NCBI RefSeq assembly: GCF_018350175.1
Contig: NC_058368.1
Coordinates: 216,754,001-216,818,000, forward strand
Length of the DNA stretch: 64,000 nucleotides
Direction of reading: 5' to 3'
Source of the DNA: Felis catus
Taxonomy: Eukaryota
Positions 52,015-64,000 of the stretch are shown in pieces (position 1 is the stretch's first letter; every line of letters begins with the position of its first letter). The notes under the pieces are model-generated. The model searched no databases. It was not told where the DNA came from and worked only from the letters and a program-made list of their open reading frames with translations. The position numbers and the translations under genes are program-made.

Positions 52015-52795
52015 TTATGTGTACTTTATTCTATGGTGTTTTCCAACACCATCAACAAACTTTCTGATTCCTCAGACACCAAGTGGGTTTTCAACAATTT
52101 AATTCAATTCTGACACTATTGAGAGTTAGCACAGACCTTACAGATTACAGACTCAGTTCCACAAGACCACTTCTCACTTTAGAGGGAAGTCTAAGTCCCA
52201 GGCCTCCTGTACTCTTGACCAACTAGCTGTAAGTCAGGGGTTCCCACTGCCCACCTTTGCATTCAATAATTTGCTAGAATAGTTCACAGAACTCAGGAAC
52301 ACACTTTACTTACATTTACTGGTTTATTATAAAGGATATTGTAAAGAATACAAATGAATAGGCAGATGAAGATGAAGAGGCACATAGGGTGAGATCTAGA
52401 AGGATGTCAAACAGAGGAGGTTCTATCACATGGACTTGGGGCACATTGTCCTCCCAGCATGTGGATGTGTTTACCAACTTGTAAGCTCTCCAAACCTCAT
52501 TGTTAGGCATCTTTATGGAGACTTCATTGCATAGACATGTTCAACCAATTATTAACTCAATCTCTAGACTCTCTCGCCTCCCCAGAGACTGAGGAGTTGG
52601 GCCAAAAGTCCCAAGCTTCTAATGGAAGCTTGATCTTTTTGGCAACCAGTCTCCATCCTGAAACCATGTATCTAGGGGCCCTCCAAGAGTCACCTCATTA
52701 GAACAAAAGATGCTCCTATCACCCTTAGCACTTATGAAATTTCAAGGTTTTTTAGGAGCCAGGAACCAAGATCAAGTTATGTCTGTGATATCACA
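52015..52795 (-). mobile_element. MER21-like LTR
   Basis: caatttaattcaattctgacacta...gttagcacagacc...ctcagttccacaagac...cacctcattagaacaaaagatgctcctatcacc...atatcaca. Confidence 0.8.
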
Positions 52796-53562
52796 TTTAT
52801 ATATCTATAGAGTATTTCAAAACATCAGATTTGTATATTTTATTAAACATTTAACAGTGTTTATAGAATGATTTCGCAGTGACTAGTATGCTCTTTAATT
52901 CACAAGCTTTGCATTGTTTAACTTTTATTATTTATGAAAACAATAATTTATAAATTACATACAATTGACAATTGGGGAAAACGTAAGTAGTATTGTACAA
53001 AACTCATTTCAACCATTAAAGAATGTATACCCACTACCCGTATTCCTCAGGCATTAAATAATGTATTAGTAAAACAAATGAAGAGAAATCCAGAAACAAA
53101 AGTAAAGAAGTTTTATCAGACGCATAAAAGGAGAAGAGCAAACAAGAATAGATGAAGAATGTTTGAGCATTGAATAATATTTAAATTTGAAAAAAAAAGT
53201 TTCATTGACATGAATAAAATTATAAAAGGTCTTGACAACTTCAATGACCTAATCAGTGATAATGGCACATGTTGGGTCAGTGGCAAAGCACAGTTGTGTT
53301 TCTAGAACCACATGACGTATGATAATTTTTAAGTCAAAATTGTACAAATATAATTTCAAGAACATGCCTAGGAGTCAGGCAGGACATGACCAGATGGTAC
53401 CCTTATTATGTTGATGGACTCTGAACACTTGCTTTGGTCTTTGCCTAAAGTTATCAGGCTCTGACTCATACTTTCTGCAAACAAAGTGCACAGAAGATTT
53501 TCACAGGTCCCAGATCTGGCCTGGGGATTAAAATATTCAAAATATAGATGATTAAAATAGCC

Positions 53563-53704
53563 TTTATTTATTTGTTTATTTTTTTATTTACTTTGAGAAG
53601 GGGGTGGGGAGGGGCAGAGAGACAAGGGCTAGTACTTATGAATCATGAGATCCTGACCTGAGCAAAAGTCAGATGCTTAACTAACTGAGTTACCTAGGTG
53701 CCCC
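53563..53704 (-). mobile_element. Can-SINE, internally deleted
   Basis: TSD taaaatagccttt / taaaatacgcttt. Confidence 0.85.
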
Positions 53705-55059
53705 TAAAATACGCTTTACATGACCTCAATAGTCTTTTGGCCAAACACTTGCTTCTTAGCCACTTATCTATTGTCTAGTTTCCTCTCTGTCAAGCTGTTT
53801 TCATAAGTTAATTATTTTACCTATTTTCTCTGTAGATGTGCTAAATCCATGGTCTATGCAAAAACTTTAATTTGGAGCTACACTATGATTAGTTGATTTG
53901 TAGTTATTCCTCAGCTACCCACTTTGTAGTTGGGGTTACTTATTTGGTGAAGAGTCTCTTCAAACTCTCTAAGTTGAGGCTGAGAGGAGAGATCACCACT
54001 TGCACATATCTGAAACAAATCTGTATGTATTAGCAAGGAGAACAGCACCTGTAGAAAACAATGAGACTAAATCATTAAGAAATTGAATGACTTCCACAAC
54101 TCAGAAAGACTAAGGATTTTGGCAGATTTTTAAGATAAAATTAAGGGACTGGCTGACTTTCGGCATTAGTCCTGGAACAGAATGAATACTGATCTGGATG
54201 GACTTCAAAAGTTAGAGTCGCAGGCAAACTGATTGTTGGACATGAAACCTCTTCTGTGGTTACTTGTTTACTTTCTGGATCTATGACCAAAGAAGAGTAG
54301 GCAGATGTTTCTTTTTCTTTTTCTTTTTTTTTTTTTTGATAGTTTTAAAACATTTATTCTCAAGGTCGGAGTTCAACCGCTTGACACTATTTCCTTTATT
54401 TCAGAGAAGCTACATTGTGGCTTCAAAATAATTACAGGGTCATGAACATCAGGAGAGAGGAAAGAGGAGGGGGGATGTGGTTTTGAAATAGGTATTTTGT
54501 ATAAGAAGACATCTAAAATCAGAGATGAGCTACAAGATGGAGATATCCCTGGTCACGGTTCTGAGCTTTTGTGAAATGATGAGAATTCTCCACATAAGAG
54601 GTATTCTCAACGTAAAGCTAAGTATCACTTACACAGGAGGTCTTTTATTTTAAATGGGAATTTCAAGGGACATTCTGAGGATGGAAAGAGGTAGAATAAT
54701 AGTTGGTGGAAGGCTAGCTGAAAAATGACCCAGAATGTTTGAGGATGAGAATGCAGGAGAGTACAGATGACCAGAAAAGTATGCATAAGTGCTAAGGTTA
54801 AGTTAACTCCATTCAGGCCTCTGGACAAGCATAATTAGGAATTCCATACAAAGATGCATACTTGATAAGACTGTAGTATTGTAGCCTTATTAATTTTTTA
54901 AATAAACTATTGCTGACCCTTTCTTAGCTTTCACATTTGCCATTCTTTAATTCACTGAAGGTAAACTAAAGTCTACAGTCTCCCATTAACTGTGACCTGA
55001 TTTAGAAACAGAGAACATTTTTATTTGGCAATTTTCCCCTCTTCATTCTTTCTTTAGTT

Positions 55060-56340
55060 TCTTTTCTCAATTATTGATGAATCATTTACATAATGTAAAA
55101 TTGACTCTTTTCAAGCTACAGTTCTGTGGGTTTGGGAAGAAATACATGTTAATGTAGGCAAAACCCAAATTAAATATAGTAAAGTTCCGTCCCTCCAAAA
55201 AAAATCCCCTTAGGGAATATTATTTATTTATTTATTTACATTTAGTGTTTATTTAAATTCCAGTTAACAGTCAGTGTAATATTAGTTTCAGGTGTACAAT
55301 TTGGTGATTGAACACTTGCATACAAAGCCCGATGCTCCTCACAAGTGCACTCCTTAATGTCCCTTTGAAAAGGCAACTCTATAGACAACTCCCATAACCA
55401 TGACCTTTTGCTACCATTTTGCCTTTTCTGGAATGTCATCTACACTTGATCACAGAGTGTATGGTACTGGGCATCCTGTTTCGTTCATTTAGTATAATGT
55501 ACTTGAACTTAACTCATGGTCTTGTTTGTATCAATATTTCATTCATTTCTATTGCTGAACAGTATGGATATACCATAGGTTATCCATTCACTCATCAGCT
55601 AATAGACATTGGGTTCTTTTCAGTTTGAAGCAATTATAAGTAAAGCTGATATAAGCATTCATACACAGGTTTTTGCATGATCAAAGTTTTTTTTTCAATA
55701 GAAATTCTACCAAATTAGAATTGCTGAATCTTGTGATGGTGAATGCTTAATACTAAGAAAAAATGGTCTATGTTTTTCCCTGTGGCTATACCATTTTACA
55801 TTCCTACCACTTATGAATGAAAGATTCAGTTGCCCTGAATCCTGGGAGCCCTTAATGCTACCATGTTTGTTTCTGTTTTGTTTTGTTCTGTTTTCAATTT
55901 CTCGATGCTAGTAAGAGTATGATGATACAGCATTTCGATTTGGTTTATGAATTCAATATATGACTATGAATGTTGATATCAAATAGCTTTTCATCTGCTT
56001 ACTATTTATACTACTTTTTTAGTTAAACGTTAGAATCTTTACATATTTTTCTATTGAGTTGCTTATTTTCCTACTATTTAGTTATTAGGGTTTGGTGTAT
56101 TCTGAAAGCAAGTTCTTTTTTAGATTTATGGTTTGCAAATATTTTCTCCTAGCCAAGGGCTTATAAAGTTTTTAATATTGATGAAGCCCGTTTATCACAT
56201 TTTTACCTTAGAGATATGTCATGCTCTTGACATCATCAAATACAATTTTACCTAACCAAGATTTCAAGTTTCAAATATTTTATTCTATGCTTTCTTCCAG
56301 AAGTTTTATACCTTTAGGTTTAGCGTTTAGGTCTGTGATC
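55060..56340 (-). mobile_element. Old L1 3' region (antisense), with a nested carnivore L1 3' end at about 55220-55360
   Basis: taccattttacattcctacc, ttttcatctgcttact, tttgcaaatattttctcc. The nested piece is attagtttcaggtgtacaa...tcacaagtgcactccttaat. Confidence 0.82.
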
Positions 56341-56350
56341 TCCTCCTCCT

Positions 56351-56364
56351 TTCTCTCTCTCTCA

Positions 56365-56440
<76 letters not shown>
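56351..56440. repeat. (CT)n(CA)n compound microsatellite
   Basis: Direct inspection. Confidence 0.95.
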
Positions 56441-56442
<2 letters not shown>

Positions 56443-56794
56443 ATGGCATGACTGCTGTGTGCCTCCGGTTTTTCCCCTTTTTGAACAGAATTTTCTGTGT
56501 CATTTATGCTATGTCTGCCCCACCATTGTATGTTGGGGCTCTGAGGGCACAGTAATGTGTATCTTTATTTCACTGGTCTTTAAATCAAGAGGAGCTGCAA
56601 TCAAGGAGATATACTTAAGGAACAACATGTCATGAGCTCTATCTATACATAGATGTTAAGATTCTGAGGTTCTAATTGGTTTTACCCTAGGATGGAAATG
56701 GTAGAGGCTTTTTGAGTGGGTAAATATCTTTTGTATGTGAAATAAATAGAAATAATCTATGGCTAGCATTAGAAATAAAATCAATGATATTGTA

Positions 56795-56927
56795 AAAGCA
56801 TTGTGTGCTGACAGATGGTAGCTACACATGTGAGCACAGCATAATGCTTAAACTCGTTGAATCATTATGTTCTACACCTGCAACTAGCATAACATTATGT
56901 GTCAACTGCACTGAAATTAAAAAAAAG
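56795..56927 (+). mobile_element. Carnivore L1 extreme 3' end
   Basis: gacagatggtagctacac...gagcacagcataatg...acacctgcaacta...tgtgtcaact followed by an A tail. Confidence 0.8.
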
Positions 56928-56949
56928 AACCTATGATAGAAAGGATACT

Positions 56950-57518
56950 GTTTGTTTTAATATGTCTACAAATGTCTACATATGTCTACATATGTTTAAT
57001 ATGTCTACTAATACTCTAGCTCTCAACAAGCAGAGACTAATTCTCTCTCCTTCAGTGTGGACCTAACACGATTACTTGCTTCTAATAACTGATACAAAGC
57101 AGACATGATGGTTTGCAACTTAGAATACTGGGTCACATGAACCATTATAGCTTTTCTTTTCTTTCTATTTTACATTACTGGCTCTGGAGACAGCACTTAT
57201 CGTGACATGAATACATTTAAGCTGCCTATGAAGAGGCCCACATAGCAGAGCTTTGAGAAAGACACTGACCAATAGTAAGGAAGGCACTGTGTCTTCCTAC
57301 CAAGAGCCAAGTTTGGGAGCTATCTTTATATCTTCAGATAACTGAAGCTCCTGCCAACATCATAACTCTAACATATAAAATATTTTGTGCTAGAACCACC
57401 GATTTCAGCCACATCCAAATTTCTGATCCACTGAAACTATGATAAAAAAAAATATATGTTTGGTTTTAGCTACCAAGGTTGGGGTAATTTGTTATGCAGT
57501 AGTGGATAACTAATACAT
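56950..57518 (+). mobile_element. MLT1 (F/G-like) LTR, with probable internal remnant at about 56450-56760
   Basis: gaagaggcccacat...ggggtaatttgttatgcagtagtggataactaataca. Confidence 0.75.
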
Positions 57519-59213
57519 CAACTCAGACATAAATCTCAGTTGGGTTTTCTAAACACCATGGAATAGCAATTAACAAGCTGCTTTATCCTGTGTGCTGGAA
57601 AATACTATTATCTAAAGAAGATTCTTTACAATGGATTTGTACCTTTTAAAGTGATGAATGCTTTATTTCAAATCATTTATCTAACATATGTTGAGAAATA
57701 TTCATGATTCTTACTGACTGACTCATTTGCTGACAAAGAAGAAAACCTAAAAGATTAAATTTCCACATCAACTACTTGTCTGTACATCTTTTAGAGGTAA
57801 ACAATAAAAGAGATTAGTTATTTGCATAAACATGCAAGAAGTAAACTTTTCTTAGTGGAGTTAAGCATACAAATTTTAGGAGGAAATACAGTTCATAGCA
57901 TGATACAAATAAGTCCTTTTTTTTTAAATTTATGTGTCAAAAATATGGTTTCTTTGACATAGAGATGAAAATCGACCATTTTGATTTATTCTAATATCAA
58001 TATTTCTTGAATATTCTTGCACTCCTAGTACCATCTCAAAATCACGATGTATAACAAAACTGAGAATATTAACGTCTCTTGTCAACAGACTTTGAAAACA
58101 ATAAAGAGAATTGACAGATTACTTAAGACTACTTATTTAAAACAACCTTGTGTAACACATTATGTATCTTCATTGGGAAGAAGTTAATTTTCATCTTATA
58201 TTGTTCATTTCTGTGGTGTGTAGACACAATATATTATTTATTTGAGAAGTTATTTGAGAATCAGTCTTTTGTTAGTGACTGAGACGAAAAATTTCAAGTT
58301 CAATTATGCAGTATTGATGCCTTTACGATTGCTGAGCTCTTGACTTAAAGATACATATGTAATCTAAAGTTTAAGACCTCACTAGAATAGGTATTTTCCA
58401 TATAGATTTATGACCGCTGAGCAGCAACTGGAAAACCAATGATCTTTTAACCATCGCTGAAAATAAATTCAACCAAGGACAATGACTAGTCAACCATGAA
58501 ATTGTGCACTTAAGCAGACTTCACACTGACAACAGAAATGCTGAAGGGAATTTATATATACTTGCTAGGATCTCGTCTGCTGTTACTCTGGAAAAATCTT
58601 TTCTATGATCCATTTGTAGTGCAAACAGCAGTATATCCATTTGCTATTTCAACGTCTATTCTCAACACTTATATTGATCAAGAATAGTGACTTCAGGTTT
58701 TAAAAGGCAGTAACTCATAGTTTCATTTCAAATTTCTCTAGTAAAGATCCTTTTGATTGGTCTAGAATAGTAAAATCTTGAGAAATAACATAGAGGACAA
58801 AAGTCATATCATAAATTATTAATTACGTATCTGATTACTTTTATTAATTATATATCTGATTACTCTAAGGTAATCCTCAGAAACAAAAAACATAGATATA
58901 ATTACTATTCTAATTTTATAAAGGTCAAGAGACTAAGGAAAGGAGGTTAAGTAAGTTGTCATGGCCATAATTTTGAACTTATTCAGTCATTTTTCAGGTG
59001 CATCCTCTTAACTGTTGGGCAATGTGATTCTGCCGCTAAATATGGGTGTAGCAGATAACTAGTAAATTACAATAGAGTATCTATCAACATCAATTTTTAC
59101 ATATTTAAAAATATAGTTTAATACAGTTTATTTTTAATATACATAATACTTATAGTAATTGAGTTGGTTATAAAAATAGCTATCATTCATAATTTTTAAA
59201 ATATGTACTAAGA

Positions 59214-59439
59214 GGGGTGCCTGGGTGGCTCAGTCGGTTGAGTGTCCGACTTCGGCTCAGGTCATGATCTTGCGGTCTGTGAGTTCGAGCCCCGCGTTGG
59301 GCTCTGTGCTGACAGCTCAGAGCCTGGAGCCTGCTTCATATTCTGGGTCTCTCTCTCTCTCTCTCTGCCCTCTCCCGCTCACCCTGTCTCTCTCTGTCTC
59401 TCAAAAATAAATAAACACTAAAAAAAAATTTAAAAAAAA
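59214..59439 (+). mobile_element. Can-SINE (inserted in a MIR remnant)
   Basis: Exact 17-bp TSD taaaatatgtactaaga at 59197-59213 and 59440-59456. Confidence 0.97.
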
Positions 59440-59993
59440 TAAAATATGTACTAAGAACTATATTAAGGGCTTCATATAAATTATGCACAATACTGTAATT
59501 CATAATAGTGCTCTATCCTTATTGTACAAATGGGGAACTATCTAAGGCAGAACGTGTGACCTCTTGGAGCCCTATTGCTGATTTGTGGTCGATTCAGGAT
59601 TGAAACACATACACTTAAAGACACTAATAAAAACTAACCTTTTATTTTATGGATTTCTTATTACATTACTGGAAACAATTTTAAGTCAACATTGATTTTC
59701 ATGGATTTTTCGTTTATACCTGATTTATCTAAAATTAAATGGTGTGCAGCAAGTAGGAATTAAAACTGGTTTACATGCCTGAAAGGTGACTGAACAGTTG
59801 GATAAATGACAACACAAGAAAGTGACAACTAATAATGATCGACTAGCTCTCATATACATATATCTTACTGTTCTTTTTAAACATTTTTAAATGTATGTGT
59901 CCTATGACGTATTCGTACATGTTTCTTTGAATGGACTTTAGATCTCCTTCAGGAGCATATTGTACAACAAACAAAAATCGCACATCTTAATTT

Positions 59994-60207
59994 TTTTTAA
60001 CGTTTTTATTTTTATTTTTGAGACAGAGAGAGACAGAGCATGAACGGGGGAGGGGCAGAGAGAGAGAGGGAGACACAGAATCGGAAGCAGGCTCCAGGCT
60101 CTGAGCTGTCAGCACAGAGCCCGACGCGGGACTCGAACTCACGGACTGTGAAATCATGACCTGAGCCAAAGTCAGACCCTTAACTGACTGAGCCACCCAG
60201 GAGCCCC
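59994..60207 (-). mobile_element. Can-SINE (downstream unit of composite insertion)
   Basis: Full SINE without its own TSD. Confidence 0.96.
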
Positions 60208-60380
60208 GCTTGTATTTTATTTAAACCAGAGGAGGAATGAAAGGACCATGTGCACATAGCATATGCACCGGTTGATCAACCAGAACCAGTGTAACGGGGC
60301 CTGATCAAAGTGGCCCCTGTGAGCAACATGGCTTGATTCCACTGGGATTTCTAGAGAAGTATACAGAATACCTCCAAGAG

Positions 60381-60630
60381 TTTTTCTTTTTTTTTTATTT
60401 ATTTTTTTTTTAGATTTTTTTAAATTTTTTTAACGTTTATTTTTGAGACAGAGAGAGACAGAGCATGAACGGGGGAGGGGCAGAGAGAGAGGGAGACACA
60501 GAATCGGAAGCAGGCTCCAGGCTCCGACCCATCAGCCCAGAGCCCGACGTGGGGCTCGAACTCACAGACCCCGAGATCCTGACCTGAGCTGAAGTCGGAC
60601 GCTTAACTGACTGAGCCACCCAGGCGCCCC
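60381..60630 (-). mobile_element. Can-SINE (upstream unit of composite insertion)
   Basis: Full SINE. Its head flank cgcacatcttaattt (60631-60645) recurs at 59979-59993. Confidence 0.96.
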
Positions 60631-63479
60631 CGCACATCTTAATTTAAGAAATAAAAACAATCAGTGGCATAACAATATGGTAAGAAAAACCTAATTCATA
60701 TGAGATGATTACTGGCTATTGTGGGTGCACAGTTCAAGTCTTTTATAATTATACTTAATACCCTAAGATAAAGTACCAGAATTACAGCCATGCAAATTTT
60801 ACTTCTGACTTGGGATTTTAAACATTTATCAAAGCACTATTGAACAGGTATAAGCATTACACCATTTTTTTTTTTAGTTTTCTTAATTTATTTGCATGGG
60901 AAAGTTAAAATTTGGACTTGAAGAACTTGCAATAAGTATAAATGGTTCTTAAAACAGGATCTAGAGCAAATGTTTAGCTTTTCTACGAAAAATTATTCAT
61001 TAAATGTTATATTCAACATTATCCTCATCAGGTGACCAAAATATTCACTAAATAATATTTGTGATTAGATATTAGGCTGCCAAAATGCAAAGGGTCAGGG
61101 AAAGTCGGATGCACGACAGAAGGATAAAAATGATTGTTATTGTGCACTAAGTATACTTCTCGAGAGATTGAATGCAAAAGTGATGGCAAACGTGATAAAA
61201 TAAAGGTGACATACAAGATGGGATGGAAATGACAAGGAAAGACAAACGTGCATTTCTGCTTTGTGTTCTATAAACATACTCCACCAAATCGATACATTGC
61301 CAAAGTTGCTTTCCTTGCAAAATTTCAAATCTCTGTTCTTATAATTTTCCCCACCTTAATTAATATACATCGTATTAAAGTGTTAAACTAATTTTATTTT
61401 TTTAGGGAAAAAAGACCTAACAACAGCAACCAAACCTCGGTGATTTGCAGACCTGCCCAATCACTACAATTATTCTTTCAAATGCAGTGATATCGGTGGT
61501 TTAGAAATTGTTCCTTATCAAACTGTCCCAAATTCTGTGGTACTTTCTGACATATTTATGACTCTGTGGAATAGCAGATGTTTATCCCCTTTGAACAAGG
61601 TAACCATATGCATATCTCTCATGAAATAACAGGTCTGCAACTTTAACTACTTTTGAGAAAAACTTGTTTAACAACAAAGAAACATGTTGACAGGAAAGAT
61701 TGTTTACCACTTCTAAGCACAGAAAACAGGCTGGCGCTCACCTCTTTTAAAATTCAGTGTCTTTCTTGACAAAAATGTACTTAAACCTCCAGATGTCATA
61801 GAACTGAATTGAAAATGCTGTGACTTCAGAGGATAATTTTGACGAGGAAGCCTTGTTCTACAGCTGTCATCAGAGGAAGGGTGGGCAATAAGAGAATTTT
61901 CAAGAAGCAGAAATGGCAGCAGCAGAAAGCAGGGAAAACGTCAGGTTATCCTGGTCTCTGTATCTCCACTAGATTTCCAGCATTGCGGGAAGCAGCGCTG
62001 TGTATTATTACATGGTCACTTATCGTCACAATAGGGAACTTGTTGAGCCTCAAAGGGACCACACTTGAATTCCCACTTCAGCAACAGGAAGAAAGCACAC
62101 CAGACCAGTCTCTAGAACCAGAAAAATCGTTCTGTGTAAATACTGAACATATGGTGAAGGGAGTTGTCGGAATCTATGATAGAAAAGCTGACCTTCCTGA
62201 TTCTCTTGCATGGTAAAGTTTTTGTTTTCAATTTGGCACAGTAATGGCTGGTTGAAAGATCGAAATGGAAGATAGTAACTCACGGGTGTGTCCATGTATC
62301 TAGATCAAATGTGAATGGTGTCTGGTCTGATGTGCATCATGCAGACAGCTCATACGTGAGGTCTTTATACAAGAAGCTTGTACAAGAATCTTTATATTGT
62401 GAATTACAGTTTAATACACCCACTATTAAAATGTTTGTTCTTTTAACGTTATGCCACTATTGTCATCGAACTTTCCATTCTGGTCATCTTAATGATAGAA
62501 ACTGTCTCAAATGTACTGTTTTACAAAAAGACCAAATCAGTCAATCATTGATTTTTAAGGGGGGAAGTACTTCATTTCCAGTGCAAAGACATTTTTATTA
62601 TATGGAAGCGTGTGTGTGCGTGTACACGTTCATGTATGTACGTGCATGAAGTCATATAAACATTTCAGATGTATCGCAATGACAAATTTTAAAAAGCACA
62701 TGAATCCATGATAAAGAAAATAAATCTATACTTTTCAGCAGATGGCCCTATAATCTACATACCAGTCCTCTAATTTTCTTGCATTTCGATGACTCATTTT
62801 ACATCATAAGAAACGCTTTACTAATCCCTGATTATAATACTGTTGTTACTGTAATTCTCACTTATCTCAATCAGTCAGTTTTCTTCATCATTGCAAGTTT
62901 GGCAGAAGCTGGAAATTTCTGTAGGCTTTAGGACTGATGTAATCAGATGTTTTTGATGAAATGCCCATATATTTTTTTTTATATACAGTCAGCCTCCTAC
63001 AGTTCTCTCTCATGCCTTACCTTCACTCTCTGAAATGAAACTTCCATCACTGGTTCATTTCTCAAATTTTTCCACTGTGCCATTTCGACCTCCTTAAAAT
63101 AAATCAACTCCTTCATTTCATCTGGAAGTATTGCTTTGAATGGTTTCTTTATTGACTCCTAGCTCTTTTAGCATAATATGAATTTCCTTAAAGCATTCAT
63201 AAGTAAAGAATATTCCTTCTTCTATAATTTCTCCACCCAGGTAGTAATACCAACAAAACGGTATTATGCTTCTAGCTTACCTATGGACATTGAAAACTAA
63301 TTGTTTTTCACCTACTTTCAAATATATTCAAGCAATGATGCTCTATTTGTTCTGATCTGTCAAATCTGGATCGCTTGCCTATGTTTATTTAAAGTATTGC
63401 TAACCTAACACTAACATCTTTTTCACGAACCATTTTCAATTATTATGCATGTGTTTGTAAAATTAAAAAGGCTAACATT

Positions 63480-63945
63480 GAACTTTTTATTAATTATTTT
63501 TTGGATTACTGTAGAATTATATGCAATTGTAAGAATAATAGAGAACAATCTCTCATACTCTTTAGTCGTTTACCCCCACTGGTAATGTCTTGCAAAATTA
63601 TAGTCTAATATCACAAACTGGATATTAACATTGATACAATCAGGATACAGAGCATTTCCATTGCTACGAGGATCTTTCCTGTTTCCCTATTTTAGCCAGA
63701 TCCTCTCCCTTACCAGCCTCCTAGCTTCTTATTCCTGCCCTCTCTGGCAACAAGGATCCTATTCTCTATTTCTATAATTATGTGATTTCAAGAATATCTT
63801 ATAAATGGAATCATTCATTATGTAACCTTACGGTATTGAGTTTTCTTCACTCAGAATAATTGTTAATGATTCATCCAACTGGTTGCATACGTCAACAGTG
63901 TTTTCCTTTTTATTATTGAGTAACATTCCATGATATTTATGCTAA
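63480..63945 (-). mobile_element. L1MC-like 3'UTR
   Basis: gtaagaataatagaga...atcacaaactggatattaacattgatacaatc...ataaatggaatcat...attcatccaa. Confidence 0.82.
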
Positions 63946-64000
63946 TATTTACTTTTAAAAACCAATTATTTTCCTCCCTAATCAATTAAAGCAGTCATTG

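Noticed and set aside
56961..57010. Short atgtctaca tandem repeats (also an 18-bp duplication near 43528-43562)
   Set aside because: Ordinary slippage-type micro-duplications.
863..60637. Recurrent ORFs such as MAQSVK...SSSPASGSVLTAQSLEPASDSVSPSLS and GRGRERGRHRIGNRLQAL
   Set aside because: They are translations of Can-SINE copies, not a gene family.
61839..62216. 125-aa ORF as a complete gene
   Set aside because: Starts at TTG with no recognised homology; kept only as part of a low-confidence candidate region.

Overview
AT-rich, CpG-depleted mammalian genomic DNA, most likely a cat-family carnivore. This is inferred from about 27 tRNA-derived Can-SINEs of the felid SINEC_Fc type plus carnivore-type L1 3' ends and a Tigger element. 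The window looks intergenic or deeply intronic: I recognise no protein-coding gene, RNA gene or CRISPR array, and the supplied ORFs are mostly SINE-, microsatellite- or chance-derived. It contains Can-SINEs (many with exact target-site duplications, TSDs), L1, L2 and MIR fragments, MaLR (MLT1) LTRs including one LTR-int-LTR provirus with nested insertions, an ERVL integrase/dUTPase-region remnant with an LTR33-like LTR, two ERV1-like solo LTRs, a MER21-like LTR and a Tigger with intact TIRs. The most unusual structure is at 59979-60645. There, one 15-bp TSD encloses SINE + 173-bp foreign spacer + SINE, with no Pol III terminator along the way, which suggests a SINE-driven read-through (3' transduction) insertion. 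Other notable items are a fold-back palindrome cluster (2936-3008), a hairpin minisatellite (25030-25112), a 5'-inverted L1, a triple-nested SINE cluster and inverted L1 3' ends around the Tigger. Repeat family names come from my recall of consensus sequences, not a database search, and boundaries of old repeats are approximate.
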